Shown: positions 11,389 to 24,010, counted from the whole stretch's first letter. The stretch: DNA of 63,400 bases, filler included, from Octopus bimaculoides (GCF_001194135.2; 8 parts of 7 records of this genome joined end to end with filler, not necessarily neighbours in it), one strand, 5' to 3'. The notes: generated from the letters alone by a model not told the origin. Numbers and translations are program-made.

Positions 11389-12179
11389 NNNNNNNNNNNN
11401 NNNNNNNNNNNNNNNNNNNNNNNNNNNNNNNNNNNNNNNNNNNNNNNNNNNNNNNNNNNNNNNNNNNNNNNNNNNNNNNNNNNNNNNNNNNNNNNNNNNN
11501 NNNNNNNNNNNNNNNNNNNNNNNNNNNNNNNNNNNNNNNNNNNNNNNNNNNNNNNNNNNNNNNNNNNNNNNNNNNNNNNNNNNNNNNNNNNNNNNNNNNN
11601 NNNNNNNNNNNNNNNNNNNNNNNNNNNNNNNNNNNNNNNNNNNNNNNNNNNNNNNNNNNNNNNNNNNNNNNNNNNNNNNNNNNNNNNNNNNNNNNNNNNN
11701 NNNNNNNNNNNNNNNNNNNNNNNNNNNNNNNNNNNNNNNNNNNNNNNNNNNNNNNNNNNNNNNNNNNNNNNNNNNNNNNNNNNNNNNNNNNNNNNNNNNN
11801 NNNNNNNNNNNNNNNNNNNNNNNNNNNNNNNNNNNNNNNNNNNNNNNNNNNNNNNNNNNNNNNNNNNNNNNNNNNNNNNNNNNNNNNNNNNNNNNNNNNN
11901 NNNNNNNNNNNNNNNNNNNNNNNNNNNNNNNNNNTAACCAACAACATCAACAGTGAATATTAAAAACAAGCAAATCACTTTTAACTCTGGCAAGAACTTC
12001 AGTGACGTCACTTTATCTGTTAGAAAGTGCAGCTTGATGATAAATATTCTAAACGGCTGAATATCGATTTATTTCCAACAGCCAAAATATTTTTCTTCTC
12101 GGAAATAGGAAGAATACAGTTAAACACAAACATTCCAGTAACCTCGAAAAATCATACCGCTAGTAGCGGTGTATTGTGA

Positions 12180-12425
12180 TTGATATACACACACACGCGT
12201 ACACATATATCTCTGTTTTCCAATCTCTCTCTCTATCTCTATCTCTCTCTCTCTCTCTTTCTGTTTCTCCCTTTATCTCTGTGTGTGCGCGCGCGTAGGT
12301 GTACGCAAATAAGTACTTATATTTTTCTAAGAATGTACGTTCAAATTTTCATGTCATTTCTCACATACCTACCAAACAATCTATCTATCTATCTATCTAT
12401 CTGTCTGTCTGTCTGTCCATCTGTA

Positions 12426-12463
<38 letters not shown>

Positions 12464-12469
12464 TCTATC

Positions 12470-12504
<35 letters not shown>

Positions 12505-13430
12505 NNNNNNNNNNNNNNNNNNNNNNNNNNNNNNNNNNNNNNNNNNNNNNNNNNNNNNNNNNNNNNNNNNNNNNNNNNNNNNNNNNNNNNNNNNNNNNNN
12601 NNNNNNNNNNNNNNNNNNNNNNNNNNNNNNNNNNNNNNNNNNNNNNNNNNNNNNNNNNNNNNNNNNNNNNNNNNNNNNNNNNNNNNNNNNNNNNNNNNNN
12701 NNNNNNNNNNNNNNNNNNNNNNNNNNNNNNNNNNNNNNNNNNNNNNNNNNNNNNNNNNNNNNNNNNNNNNNNNNNNNNNNNNNNNNNNNNNNNNNNNNNN
12801 NNNNNNNNNNNNNNNNNNNNNNNNNNNNNNNNNNNNNNNNNNNNNNNNNNNNNNNNNNNNNNNNNNNNNNNNNNNNNNNNNNNNNNNNNNNNNNNNNNNN
12901 NNNNNNNNNNNNNNNNNNNNNNNNNNNNNNNNNNNNNNNNNNNNNNNNNNNNNNNNNNNNNNNNNNNNNNNNNNNNNNNNNNNNNNNNNNNNNNNNNNNN
13001 NNNNNNNNNNNNNNNNNNNNNNNNNNNNNNNNNNNNNNNNNNNNNNNNNNNNNNNNNNNNNNNNNNNNNNNNNNNNNNNNNNNNNNNNNNNNNNNNNNNN
13101 NNNNNNNNNNNNNNNNNNNNNNNNNNNNNNNNNNNNNNNNNNNNNNNNNNNNNNNNNNNNNNNNNNNNNNNNNNNNNNNNNNNNNNNNNNNNNGGGGAAG
13201 AGAGAGAGAGAGAGTGGAAGAGGGAGAAACAAAGGGAGGAAGTAGAAGAATAGGTGAGCAACGAGAGGAAAAGAGGAAGAGAGGAAGTACGAGGGGGGAA
13301 AAGGAGATACGTAGTAGTAACAGAGGAAGAACGAGAGGGGTAAAGAGAGATACGTAGTAGTAAACAGAGGAAGAACGAGAGGGGGAAAAATGAAGAGGAA
13401 GAGAAAGAGAAAGAGATAGAGTAGCGTCGG
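12180..13430. repeat. (CT)n/(CTAT)n/(CTGT)n microsatellites, N gap, then purine-rich low-complexity tract
   Basis: Directly visible. Confidence 0.9.
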
Positions 13431-13518
13431 AAAATATAAAGTTGCGAAAACTACTTACAGATTGGTGACGCTGCGTTCGGTCATGTAAAAACAAATAGTA
13501 AATGAGTATATGCATATA

Positions 13519-13903
13519 TTCTTTTATTTGTTTCAATCATTAGACTGCGGCCATGCCGGGGCACCACCTTGAAGAATTTTTAGTCGAACGAATAAATCCT
13601 ATACTTATTTTTATTTTTGAAATCCTGGTATTTATTTTATCAGTCTCTTCTGTCGAACTGCTATTGTTATGAGGACGTAAATAAATCATTACCGGTTGAC
13701 AAGCGACGCTGGTGTAGAAACGCGCACACACACACACACACGACGGGCTTATTTCAGTTTCCCTTTGCCAGGTCCACTTACAAGGCTTTGGTCAGCCGGA
13801 GAATATAACAGAAAACACTTTCCCAAGTTACCTCGCAGTGAGACTGAACCTGGAACCATATACTTGGGAAGCTGACTTTCTACCATACATCCATACCAGC
13901 GCC
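13519..13903 (-). mobile_element. SINE family C (CORE-like), full length
   Basis: Reverse complement matches 17961-18305 and 50919-51235, including GGTTCAGTCTCACTGCG, CTTGGGAAAGTG, ACAAGCCCGTCG(TG)n and GCATGGCCGCAGTC. Confidence 0.85.
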
Positions 13904-13941
13904 TTACAAACGGCCATGGAGACATATATACATACATACAT

Positions 13942-13975
<34 letters not shown>

Positions 13976-14419
13976 GGACATGCTCCAACACACTCACATT
14001 TAGAGACAGTAATGTTTACACAAATACACACAGACATATGTAAATATATACGAGGTGCTAGTAGACTTAAGGTTTCGTGCGAAAGCGTTTACTTAATTGC
14101 GAAATCAAAAACGCAGGTGTTTGTTATACTGTAACTAAATAGAATGCTGCAGGCAGTACCATTCTCATCACGTGACTCTGGTATATTATTTTCTAGTACA
14201 TTCTATTTTCTAGAACATTCATTCTATTTATTTACCGGGTAAAAAAAAAAGCATAAATTAAACCCTTATCCCTTATGAATTCCCATTTTAATAGTGATTC
14301 GGTATAAAAAGAATAGGTCCTATGCTATGAGCAGCTAGAAAACAGGATGAATAAATAAAAGTTGTACGTAATGACGTGAACAAATATGCACGTCTAATTA
14401 GGCTTAGATTATCCTTAGA

Positions 14420-14772
14420 TATTGGAGTCTAGTTTCGGGATTCAAGTGAATTAGGCAATTAGATGGTAAGGCACCGGATCGAGTCGAAAAGTAAAATGTA
14501 TACACAACAAAAATAGAGGAACACCTACGCATTGAGGAAAAGAAATCATGCCGCAGTGTACCTATATGTTGTGATCCTGAATTGGGCAGGGGATGTATGG
14601 CCCGTGGTCCCAGCCTTGAATGAACCTTGAAAGTAATGTTCAGGTCGTTTGGGCAATGTTGGCGGTATATTCTCCACATCGTACAGATGACGTACCGCTC
14701 GCAGCGGCGCTGGAGAGAGTAGAGTTTCAAGGCTCTTAGGTGGTTCCAGTAATCGAGATCAGTCATGCCTTG
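14420..14772 (-). mobile_element. CR1/L2-clade LINE ORF2 C-terminal fragment
   Basis: LDYWNHLRALKLYSLQRRCERYVICTMWRI...CPN, homologous to LSYWERLKQLRLYSLERRREMYAVIYIWKI...VPN at 49.3-49.45 kb. Confidence 0.8.
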
Positions 14773-15501
14773 ATATATATATATATATACATCAATAGAT
14801 ACATGATAAGTTGTGACACGCTGCCAAAGGATAAAGCCACAGTAGATCAATTCCAAAATCAGACTCCTATCTCCGGCGTTTAAAGAAAATTTAGTCTGTA
14901 TTAATGCAGAGTATAATGCACAAGTGTTTTGCGAGACCGACAGATATCAATTAGTAAGCATAAAATACAGTTACGTAGGCTTTAAAACGCCGGTTTCGGT
15001 TTACTCAGCCGATTTACAAGACATATTTTTGAAATAACACATGGAAACTAGTTAAAGGGGCTTCGTGCTTCTTCCGCTCCGCGGATCACACAATACATCT
15101 TATGTTTGCTTTGGTTTTGCATAATGGGTCTGTTTAACCCCATTGTTAGTAGAGAGCAGTGTTTAAGGTTTTCTCGTCAGACTTACGCCATTTTCGGACT
15201 CAATTCACCGCATNNNNNNNNNNNNNNNNNNNNNNNNNNNNNNNNNNNNNNNNNNNNNNNNNNNNNNNNNNNNNNNNNNNNNNNNNNNNNNNNNNNNNNN
15301 NNNNNNNNNNNNNNNNNNNNNNNNNNNNNNNNNNNNNNNNNNNNNNNNNNNNNNNNNNNNNNNNNNNNNNNNNNNNNNNNNNNNNNNNNNNNNNNNNNNN
15401 NNNNNNNNNNNNNNNNNNNNNNNNNNNNNNNNNNNNNNNNNNNNNNNNNNNNNNNNNNNNNNNNNNNNNNNNNNNNNNNNNNNNNNNNNNNNNNNNNNNN
15501 N

Positions 15502-15535
<34 letters not shown>

Positions 15536-15648
15536 CACACACACTATACATTCTCACTTTTTGCGTATCTCTCCATAACATAACACCATTGATATTCATG
15601 CTCACACGTCAGAACACATACACACGAGCACACACGCATATGTACGTA

Positions 15649-15687
<39 letters not shown>

Positions 15688-16002
15688 TTACTCTCGTGTA
15701 AAGTTTGGCAGACACTTTTATGCATCTCACTCAAACAAATGCACACATACACAAACCTGTACACATAACAGACATATGCACACGCACATACACAGATGCA
15801 CAGACGCAGTTACATACATACATAAAGAACCATGTATATATTGAAACAACTGCTACACACCATTCACACACGCAAACATTGATACTAACTACACACGCAA
15901 ATAGATACACGCCTGTCTTTGTCTTCATTCTTGCGCCAAACCCCCATCCCTACCCATACCCACACCACTACCGAATTCCGGGCATATATATATATATATA
16001 TA

Positions 16003-16213
16003 TGTCCCCCTCCACCGCTTGACAACCGGCGTTGGTGTGTTTATGTCCCCATGAATTAGTGGTTCGGCAAAATATTTCGATAGAATAAATATCAGGCTTA
16101 AAACAAAAAAGTACTGGGGCTGATACATTCGACTATAAATTATTCAAGGCGGTGCTCCAGCCTGTCCACAGTCTAATGACTGAAACAAGTAAAAGATAAA
16201 GATAAAAAAAAGA
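16003..16213 (+). mobile_element. SINE family C, 3' half
   Basis: CCACCGCTTGACAACCGG...GGCGGTGCTCCAGC...GACTGAAACAAGTAAAAGATAAA. Confidence 0.85.
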
Positions 16214-16216
16214 TAT

Positions 16217-16252
<36 letters not shown>

Positions 16253-16325
16253 CATTATTATGATTGACCGTTGACTGAACACTATTCAATTTTTTTTCTC
16301 CGTGTTTTTCTCCTTGTCTCCGTAT

Positions 16326-16362
16326 TCTTTCTGTTGAAGAGCGTAGCTCGAAACGTCAAAGA
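16326..16362 (+). ncRNA. Minimal type I hammerhead-like motif with variant core, in a ~190-bp pLTR-like island
   Basis: TCTTT-CTGTTGA-A-GAGC-GTA-GCTC-GAAA-C-GT-C-AAAGA. Stem I 5 bp, stem II 4 bp, ACGT palindromic stem III, GUC triplet; A6 is replaced by U and there is one extra A. Confidence 0.7.
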
Positions 16363-17109
16363 CTTTCCGTATTCCCGAGCGTCATACTAATATATACTTT
16401 TGTTATTTACACCACCTGTCCTCGTCTGTTGTTATTATTTGTATATTCTCCCATATATATGTATATATATANNNNNNNNNNNNNNNNNNNNNNNNNNNNN
16501 NNNNNNNNNNNNNNNNNNNNNNNNNNNNNNNNNNNNNNNNNNNNNNNNNNNNNNNNNNNNNNNNNNNNNNNNNNNNNNNNNNNNNNNNNNNNNNNNNNNN
16601 NNNNNNNNNNNNNNNNNNNNNNNNNNNNNNNNNNNNNNNNNNNNNNNNNNNNNNNNNNNNNNNNNNNNNNNNNNNNNNNNNNNNNNNNNNNNNNNNNNNN
16701 NNNNNNNNNNNNNNNNNNNNNNNNNNNNNNNNNNNNNNNNNNNNNNNNNNNNNNNNNNNNNNNNNNNNNNNNNNNNNNNNNNNNNNNNNNNNNNNNNNNN
16801 NNNNNNNNNNNNNNNNNNNNNNNNNNNNNNNNNNNNNNNNNNNNNNNNNNNNNNNNNNNNNNNNNNNNNNNNNNNNNNNNNNNNNNNNNNNNNNNNNNNN
16901 NNNNNNNNNNNNNNNNNNNNNNNNNNNNNNNNNNNNNNNNNNNNNNNNNNNNNNNNNNNNNNNNNNNNNNNNNNNNNNNNNNNNNNNNNNNNNNNNNNNN
17001 NNNNNNNNNNACACACACACATATACATATGTATGCATGTATGTATGTATGCATGTATGTATGCATGTATGTATGTATGTATTCTCATGCATATAGTTAC
17101 ATATCTAGA

Positions 17110-17560
17110 CATGCTCTTATATATTGAAATGATAAACTTCTGGAAAGTTTTACAAATCTTTTAAGTTCCAGTGATGGATTGGATCTGTAGTCTCCGAATT
17201 AGCTTTCTCCTTTCTGGTTTTGAGAAGCTTAATTTCTCAAGATTGGTATTTAGGCAGTGTGTTACGTATTTCAGGACCCCAATAATTACAGGTATAAAAC
17301 TGAACTTGTACTCTAGATAGAGTAACTTAAGATTTCCCAGTGGTTCGGCATAGGTGTTCTCTTTTTCACTGATCTTCAGATTTATGCTAACATCCACTGG
17401 ACAGCTAATTTCCACAACTGTGCACAGTTTCTCTTCTCTATCCCAAATCATTATATCAGGTTTGTTGTGCTTACATTTTATTGAGGTCTTCACTATTACA
17501 TTTCCAGCATTATTCCTTTTTATTATGAGTGAGTATGGCTTCTACCATACTGTAGGTTCT
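17110..17560 (-). mobile_element. RLE-type non-LTR retrotransposon 3' fragment (family D)
   Basis: KTSIKCKHNKPDIMIWDREEKLCTVVEISCP...EKENTY...FIPVIIG...QSITGT; PD-(D/E)xK restriction-like endonuclease signature. Confidence 0.85.
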
Positions 17561-17813
17561 CATTTCTTTGTCCTTGGGATTATGTATATATATATGAATG
17601 TAGCAATAAGAAAATGGAGGGGAATATGTGGTATTCATCAACTTGCAGACATTGAATTATATCAATTTACCTGTTTATTTTTCAGCTAATAGGACAATGA
17701 TAACAATATACAAACACATGTTGTGACATATTATGTCATATCAATAATTAAAGAGGAGATCTAGTGACCGAAGATGGGACAATGTCCCCTCTTCCACAAA
17801 ATGTCCAATATAT

Positions 17814-17860
<47 letters not shown>

Positions 17861-17960
17861 NNNNNNNNNNNNNNNNNNNNNNNNNNNNNNNNNNNNNNNN
17901 NNNNTTAATTAATTAANNNNNNNNNNNNNNNNNNNNNNNNNNNNNNNNNNNNNNNNNNNN

Positions 17961-18305
17961 ATTCCTACTGCGTGGCACCTTGGGCAAGTATTTTCTACTA
18001 TAACCTCGGACCGACCAAAGCCTTGTGAGTGGATTTGGTAGACGGAAACTGAAAGAAGCCCGTCGTATATATGTATATATATATGTATGTGTGCGTCTGT
18101 GTTTGTTCCCCGACATCGCCTGACAACCGATGCTGGTGCGTTTACGTCCCCGTAACCTAAAGGTTCAGCAAAAGAGACCGATAGAATAAGTACTAGGCAT
18201 CGAAAGAATAAGTCTTGGGGTCGATTTGCTCGACTAAGGGCAGTGCTCCAGCATGGCCGCAGTCAAATGACTGAAACAAGTAAAAGAATAAAAGAGTAAA
18301 GAGTA
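17961..18305 (+). mobile_element. SINE family C (head lost in gap)
   Basis: CTGCGTGGCACCTTGGGCAAGTATTTTCTACTATAACC...GCATGGCCGCAGTCAAATGACTGAAACAAGTAAAAGAATAAAAGAG. Confidence 0.9.
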
Positions 18306-18660
18306 CTAATCCTATCGGGCTCTTTTTGCTGATCCGCTAAGTTCCGAGGACGTAAGCAAAACAATGCCGGCTGTCAGGCAGTTATGGTTAACAAACACAT
18401 ATACTACCACACACACACACACACACAGCTGTCACACACACACATACACGCACACATACACGCACACACACACTACCACACAGGCACGCACACATACGAC
18501 GGACGTATATTTTATAGATCTCAAAAGGATGAAAGACAAAGATGGCCTTGGCGCGATTTCAAGCCAGAACATAAGCTGGACCAAAACCGCATTCTGCCCG
18601 GCACTCTAACAACTCTAGCAAAATCGTTCATAGAAAAGAGAAAACAATGGAACCATGAGC

Positions 18661-18717
18661 TGCAGCAGTAGTAGTCGCAGCAGTAGTAGTCGCAGCAGTA
18701 GTAGTCGCAGCAGTAGC
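18661..18717. repeat. 15-bp minisatellite (GCAGCAGTAGTAGTC) x ~3.5
   Basis: Directly visible perfect copies. Confidence 0.9.
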
Positions 18718-18925
18718 ACGAGTGGCGCACGTGTGAAGATAACATCTTACTTCAGTGTAATAACGTATATCTAGAATACAATTAATTATTGTAAAAAGGT
18801 GATTACACCAACACGATAATTACACCAGTAACATTGATTAGTGATATTACATTTTATCAATCGGTCTATCAGTTTGGCTTTCTATCGGTCTCTTTCTCCG
18901 TCAATCACCCAGCCTATCTATCTGC

Positions 18926-19385
18926 ATGTATATATATATATATATATATATATANNNNNNNNNNNNNNNNNNNNNNNNNNNNNNNNNNNNNNNNNNNNNN
19001 NNNNNNNNNNNNNNNNNNNNNNNNNNNNNNNNNNNNNNNNNNNNNNNNNNNNNNNNNNNNNNNNNNNNNNNNNNNNNNNNNNNNNNNNNNNNNNNNNNNN
19101 NNNNNNNNNNNNNNNNNNNNNNNNNNNNNNNNNNNNNNNNNNNNNNNNNNNNNNNNNNNNNNNNNNNNNNNNNNNNNNNNNNNNNNNNNNNNNNNNNNNN
19201 NNNNNNNNNNNNNNNNNNNNNNNNNNNNNNNNNNNNNNNNNNNNNNNNNNNNNNNNNNNNNNNNNNNNNNNNNNNNNNNNNNNNNNNNNNNNNNNNNNNN
19301 NNNNNNNNNNNNNNNNNNNNNNNNNNNNNNNNNNNNNNNNNNNNNNNNNNNNNNNNNNNNNNNNNNNNNNNNNNNNNNNNNNNNN

Positions 19386-19433
<48 letters not shown>

Positions 19434-19678
19434 CATATATGTGTATATATATATACTATATATGTACGTACATATATATATATGCTGATGTATAGGTATA
19501 TACGCAAATATATATGTATATATACATTTATATATATGTCTACGTATATGTACACATATACACATATATAGTATATGCACATACAGCATTTTACATCATA
19601 TATTAATCAGGTATATATACGCATAATACATACATTACTATAAATTTATAATCTTATATTTGTGTATGTATCTATAAA

Positions 19679-19717
<39 letters not shown>

Positions 19718-20000
19718 CACACACAAACACAAACACACATATATCTCATATAAATATAAGTATATTTATGTGTATGTGTGTGCGTGCGTGTGTGCGTGTG
19801 TATGTATGTAAGTGCATGCCTAATACGTACAATAATCATCTGCATAACTCACTTAAATATTTGGTAGTACTCAAGGACAAATGCATACACACACACACAC
19901 GCGTACACATACACACACACACACACACGCATACACTCACGCACATACACACACTGTCGCATACATACACATACACACAGAGTGTCATCTACACAATGCG
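18926..20000. repeat. (TA)n/(CTAT)n/(CA)n low-complexity block with N gap
   Basis: Directly visible. Confidence 0.9.
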
Positions 20001-20159
20001 GCAATCTTAATCTGAATTGCTATTTCTCTACACCTGGACACTACTCCCAATGGACACGATTGACGATCGGCCGCCTTGTTTGATAGGGTTTATTATTTTA
20101 TTTACACTACTGTAGAAAAATTAGCAGAGACGAAATTGCTTTTATCCATCTTTAATAAT

Positions 20160-20318
20160 ATAGGAGCAGGCGTAGTTGAGTGGCATGAAGTTGGCTTCAC
20201 AACCAAATGGTTCCGGTTTCAGTCCCACTGCATGATGTATTGGGCGATTGTCTTGAAATTTATCCCTGGGCTGCCCAGAACCTTGTGATTGAATTTGATA
20301 CAGGGAAACTGAGAGAGA
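20160..20318 (+). mobile_element. SINE family C, 5' half, decayed
   Basis: TAGGAGCAGGCGTAGTTGAGTGG...GGTTTCAGTCCCACTGC...CTTGTGATTGAATTTGATACAGGGAAACTGA. Confidence 0.7.
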
Positions 20319-21202
20319 ATTTTTAATGTAACAAATCGACCCTAGATCTTAGTTTTTAAAGCCTTGTATTTATTATATCCGTCTCTATAAGATATATATA
20401 TATATATATATATAAATATATATATNNNNNNNNNNNNNNNNNNNNNNNNNNNNNNNNNNNNNNNNNNNNNNNNNNNNNNNNNNNNNNNNNNNNNNNNNNN
20501 NNNNNNNNNNNNNNNNNNNNNNNNNNNNNNNNNNNNNNNNNNNNNNNNNNNNNNNNNNNNNNNNNNNNNNNNNNNNNNNNNNNNNNNNNNNNNNNNNNNN
20601 NNNNNNNNNNNNNNNNNNNNNNNNNNNNNNNNNNNNNNNNNNNNNNNNNNNNNNNNNNNNNNNNNNNNNNNNNNNNNNNNNNNNNNNNNNNNNNNNNNNN
20701 NNNNNNNNNNNNNNNNNNNNNNNNNNNNNNNNNNNNNNNNNNNNNNNNNNNNNNNNNNNNNNNNNNNNNNNNNNNNNNNNNNNNNNNNNNNNNNNNNNNN
20801 NNNNNNNNNNNNNNNNNNNNNNNNNNNNNNNNNNNNNNNNNNNNNNNNNNNNNNNNNNNNNNNNNNNNNNNNNNNNNNNNNNNNNNNNNNNNNNNNNNNN
20901 NNNNNNNNNNNNNNNNNNNNNNNNNNNNNNNNNNNNNNNNNNNNNNNNNNNNNNNNNNNNNNNNNNNNNNNNNNNNNNNNNNNNNNNNNNNNNNNNNNNN
21001 NNNNNNNNNNNNNNNNNNNNNNNNNNNNNNNNNNNNNNNNNNNNNNNNNNNNNNNNNNNNNNNNNNNNNNNNNNNNNNNNNNNNNNNNNNNNNNNNNNNN
21101 NNNNNNNNNNNNNNNNNNNNNNNNNNNNNNNNNNNNNNNNNNNNNNNGTGTGTGTGTGTGTTTATATATGTACGTACCCCCCCACACACACACACATATA
21201 TA

Positions 21203-21365
21203 TACAACGGGCTTCTTTCAGTTTTCGTCTATCAAATTCACGCACAAGTCTTTGGTCGGCCCGTAGTTATAGTAGAAGACAGTTGCCTAAGGTGCTAGGC
21301 TGAGGGACTGAACCCAGAAGTATGTGGTAGGGAAGCAAGCTTCTTACTACAAAACCACTCCTGCA
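21203..21365 (-). mobile_element. SINE family C, 5' half
   Basis: ACAACGGGCTTCTTTCAGTTTTCGTCTA...GGGACTGAACCC...ACCACTCCTGC. Confidence 0.8.
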
Positions 21366-21577
21366 TCTATATTTCACCCTGTGCTATTCAGTAGAAGTAT
21401 TACACTGCACACAATGAAGGTATGTTATTCTCTGGGCATTGACAGGCACGATATTTGTCTATTCATGTTTGTATATAAGCAGTACATCAAGGTATATACA
21501 TGCAAAGACATCCAAACACATACGTACACACACACGCATATATCTATATACATACACACACGCATATATTTATATAA

Positions 21578-21622
<45 letters not shown>

Positions 21623-21819
21623 TATATATAAATATATATATTTCTGTGTGAGTTAGAGGTTGGGAAACCAACCAACTAAAGGATAGTACCTATCCATTAT
21701 ACTGCTGGTAGTGTGCCCAATTATTCATACCCAGAGCTTTTTATTGCATGTTATATATGGGCGGGGGTAAAAAGTGGTTTACCCTTAATTTATACGGCAA
21801 ATAAAAAAAAATGGAAATA

Positions 21820-23130
21820 CTAAAAATAATGGGGAGTGGTTTGTTGCACATTTGTGTAAATGTTCACATAGTGGAATCTAGACTGTTGGTAACAGGATCA
21901 TCGTATGAATACTGAGTTTGTTTCTCAATGTAAACTTCATTTGTCCTATATAATCTTCGTTACATCCGTTACATTTAATAACACAAATTAATTTTGTTGA
22001 CGAAAAGGTGAAGCGATTTTTTTCTAATGAAAAACTCATCCTCCTTTAAATTTATAAGATAGGTCTTGTCTAAGCCAGATGCAGATTCCTCATTTAGAGC
22101 AATTTTTGACAATTACGTCTGTGTCTTTAACGGATAATTCGTTGCTAGTAAATAAATCTATGGAATTTGGGTTGTCTACTCTTTTAGATTATTTTGTATA
22201 TTTTTCATTCTCCGTTATTGTTTCAATTATGGCGTGTATTTATGAGGAATGTTATAAGATATATTTTTGTATTTCTTTTGTTGTGTTTGTGATGCAAGGT
22301 AGAATATTTAGTTTATTTGAATTAAGTTTCATTCTTCGTAATTTTTGTCTTCCAAGTAGCATTCATTTTGATTCTTGGCCTCTTATGTTCTAAATTCCGA
22401 AATTCGAAACAGTTGAGTATATTCTTTGGGCTAAATTTACGGTTCATTTGTTTTACTATAATTTAGGCGACAAGAAATAAATAAAATGTATTGTTTAGTC
22501 TGTTGGTTTGTAGTGGACGTCAATTTCGCCGTTTAAGTGCTTTATGATGATTAAAATATCCAGGGAGTGTAATTGATTTTGACAGTTTCCGTTGGGAACT
22601 GTGTATTGTCGCTTACGCTATTAATTAGGGTTTAGCGATCATTAGGTTGGTCAAGACTGTAGATCTACAGAATGTGGCAGATCTCCATGTAGCGTTTTCA
22701 GTTTTCTAATCGATATGTTTAAAAGCTGATGCATAAATGGTTCACTGGGCTTCTTAATATGATATAATCAAATTCGTGTAAGTAGGGGCAATCTTCGTTC
22801 TCATCACAGTCTTTGATATTTTTAAATGCTTCCATAGCAGTTGAAAAATATTACGAGGAAATTTAATTTCCTCAATATTTAATAACTTTTCTCTTGTCAG
22901 TCGAGGACTTCAACGAGGAAATTGTCAAGCCATAATTCTATTGCTTCTAGTCCATAGTCAGATGAGATAGTAGTATTGAGGTTTCATTTAAAAACTTCCT
23001 AGGAAGGACAGCTTGCATTCAATTAAATCACTTTCCGTAAACATCAGATTTATCGTTAGATTTCAATATTTTTCAAATTTGCTAGTTGTGAGGTTTTGGT
23101 TCCAAATATGATCTAAGCTATATCTAATTG
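21820..23130 (-). mobile_element. Decayed Penelope-like element: RT plus GIY-YIG endonuclease
   Basis: Minus-strand frames, in the expected order: SSDYGLEAIELWLDN (22921-22970), KTVMRTKIAPTYTNL (G.AMG..AP.YANL motif, ~22780-22815), GEIDVHYKPTD (~22500-22530), LICVIKCNGCNEDYIGQMKFTLRNKLSIH (~21905-21990). Multiple stops and frameshifts. Confidence 0.85.
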
Positions 23131-23149
23131 AATATTTTTCTTTCATTTT

Positions 23150-23281
23150 TTTCTTTTACTTGTTTCAGTCATTTGACAGCGGTCATGCTGGAGCACCGCC
23201 TTTAGTCGAGAAAATCGCCCCCCCAGGACTTATTCTTTGTAAGCCTAGTACTTATTCTATCGGTCTCTGTTGCCGAACCAC
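23150..23281 (-). mobile_element. SINE family C, 3' end
   Basis: TTTTACTTGTTTCAGTCATTTGACAGCGGTCATGCTGGAGCACCGCC...CTAGTACTTATTCTATCGG. Confidence 0.85.
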
Positions 23282-23940
23282 NNNNNNNNNNNNNNNNNNN
23301 NNNNNNNNNNNNNNNNNNNNNNNNNTTAATTAATTAANNNNNNNNNNNNNNNNNNNNNNNNNNNNNNNNNNNNNNNNNNNNCTACGATAAGTCTTGCTAG
23401 GTGAAAATCAACTAAAAAAGAAAGCCTTACAACGAAAAAACCCTTATGATGTAAATATGTTCATAATTCAAAAGATGATGAAATTAATAGGGAAAGTCTG
23501 AAGGCTGTTTTGCGTAACATTATTAAGCGTACCTAAATTTCATCCGTCTAATTGGCTATACAAATGCTTGTGCAAAACAACTTTTTGCGCTGCCCTGATT
23601 ATACATAGCAGTGTAATCCCTTTTAGCAGGAGGTAGGATGGAAATTTCTGATGAAGCAATTGCTGGCGATCTGTTGCTACACAGTTTTGCCAGAATTCTA
23701 TCAGATTACGCAGAAGATGTTGATGCACCATTTTGCATTATGTTCAAAGTAGTTTCTGGAATGTGGTGAATTGCTGCAGTCTGTTGCTGTCATTTTAAAC
23801 CGGTTGCTTTCCCCAAAAAACCCTCTTCTTTGGAGGCATAATCTATGTATATATTAAACAGAACAACAAAAGTTATAACAGATGGCAGGATCGGTAGTTT
23901 TTACATTTCTGTAATTTTCAGATTAACACCCGCACGATTA

Positions 23941-24010
23941 CCCAACCCTAACCCTAACCGTAACCCTAAAACCCTAACCCTGACCCTAAAACCCTAACCC
24001 TAACACCCTA
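23941..24010. repeat. Interstitial degenerate (CCCTAA)n telomere-like array
   Basis: About 10 units of CCCTAA with CCGTAA/CCCTAAAA/CCCTGA variants, inside otherwise unique sequence. Confidence 0.85.

Noticed and set aside
12002-12011. Perfect CRE palindrome GTGACGTCAC (TGACGTCA also at ~47497)
   Set aside because: An 8-mer is expected by chance at this scale and no promoter can be located.
18521-18745. CCDYY-repeat ORF suggesting a Cys/Tyr-rich peptide
   Set aside because: Produced by a 15-bp minisatellite and continues into a decayed SINE.
23941-24010. Interpretation as a true telomere or chromosome-fusion scar
   Set aside because: Only ~70 bp, degenerate, single orientation and internal.
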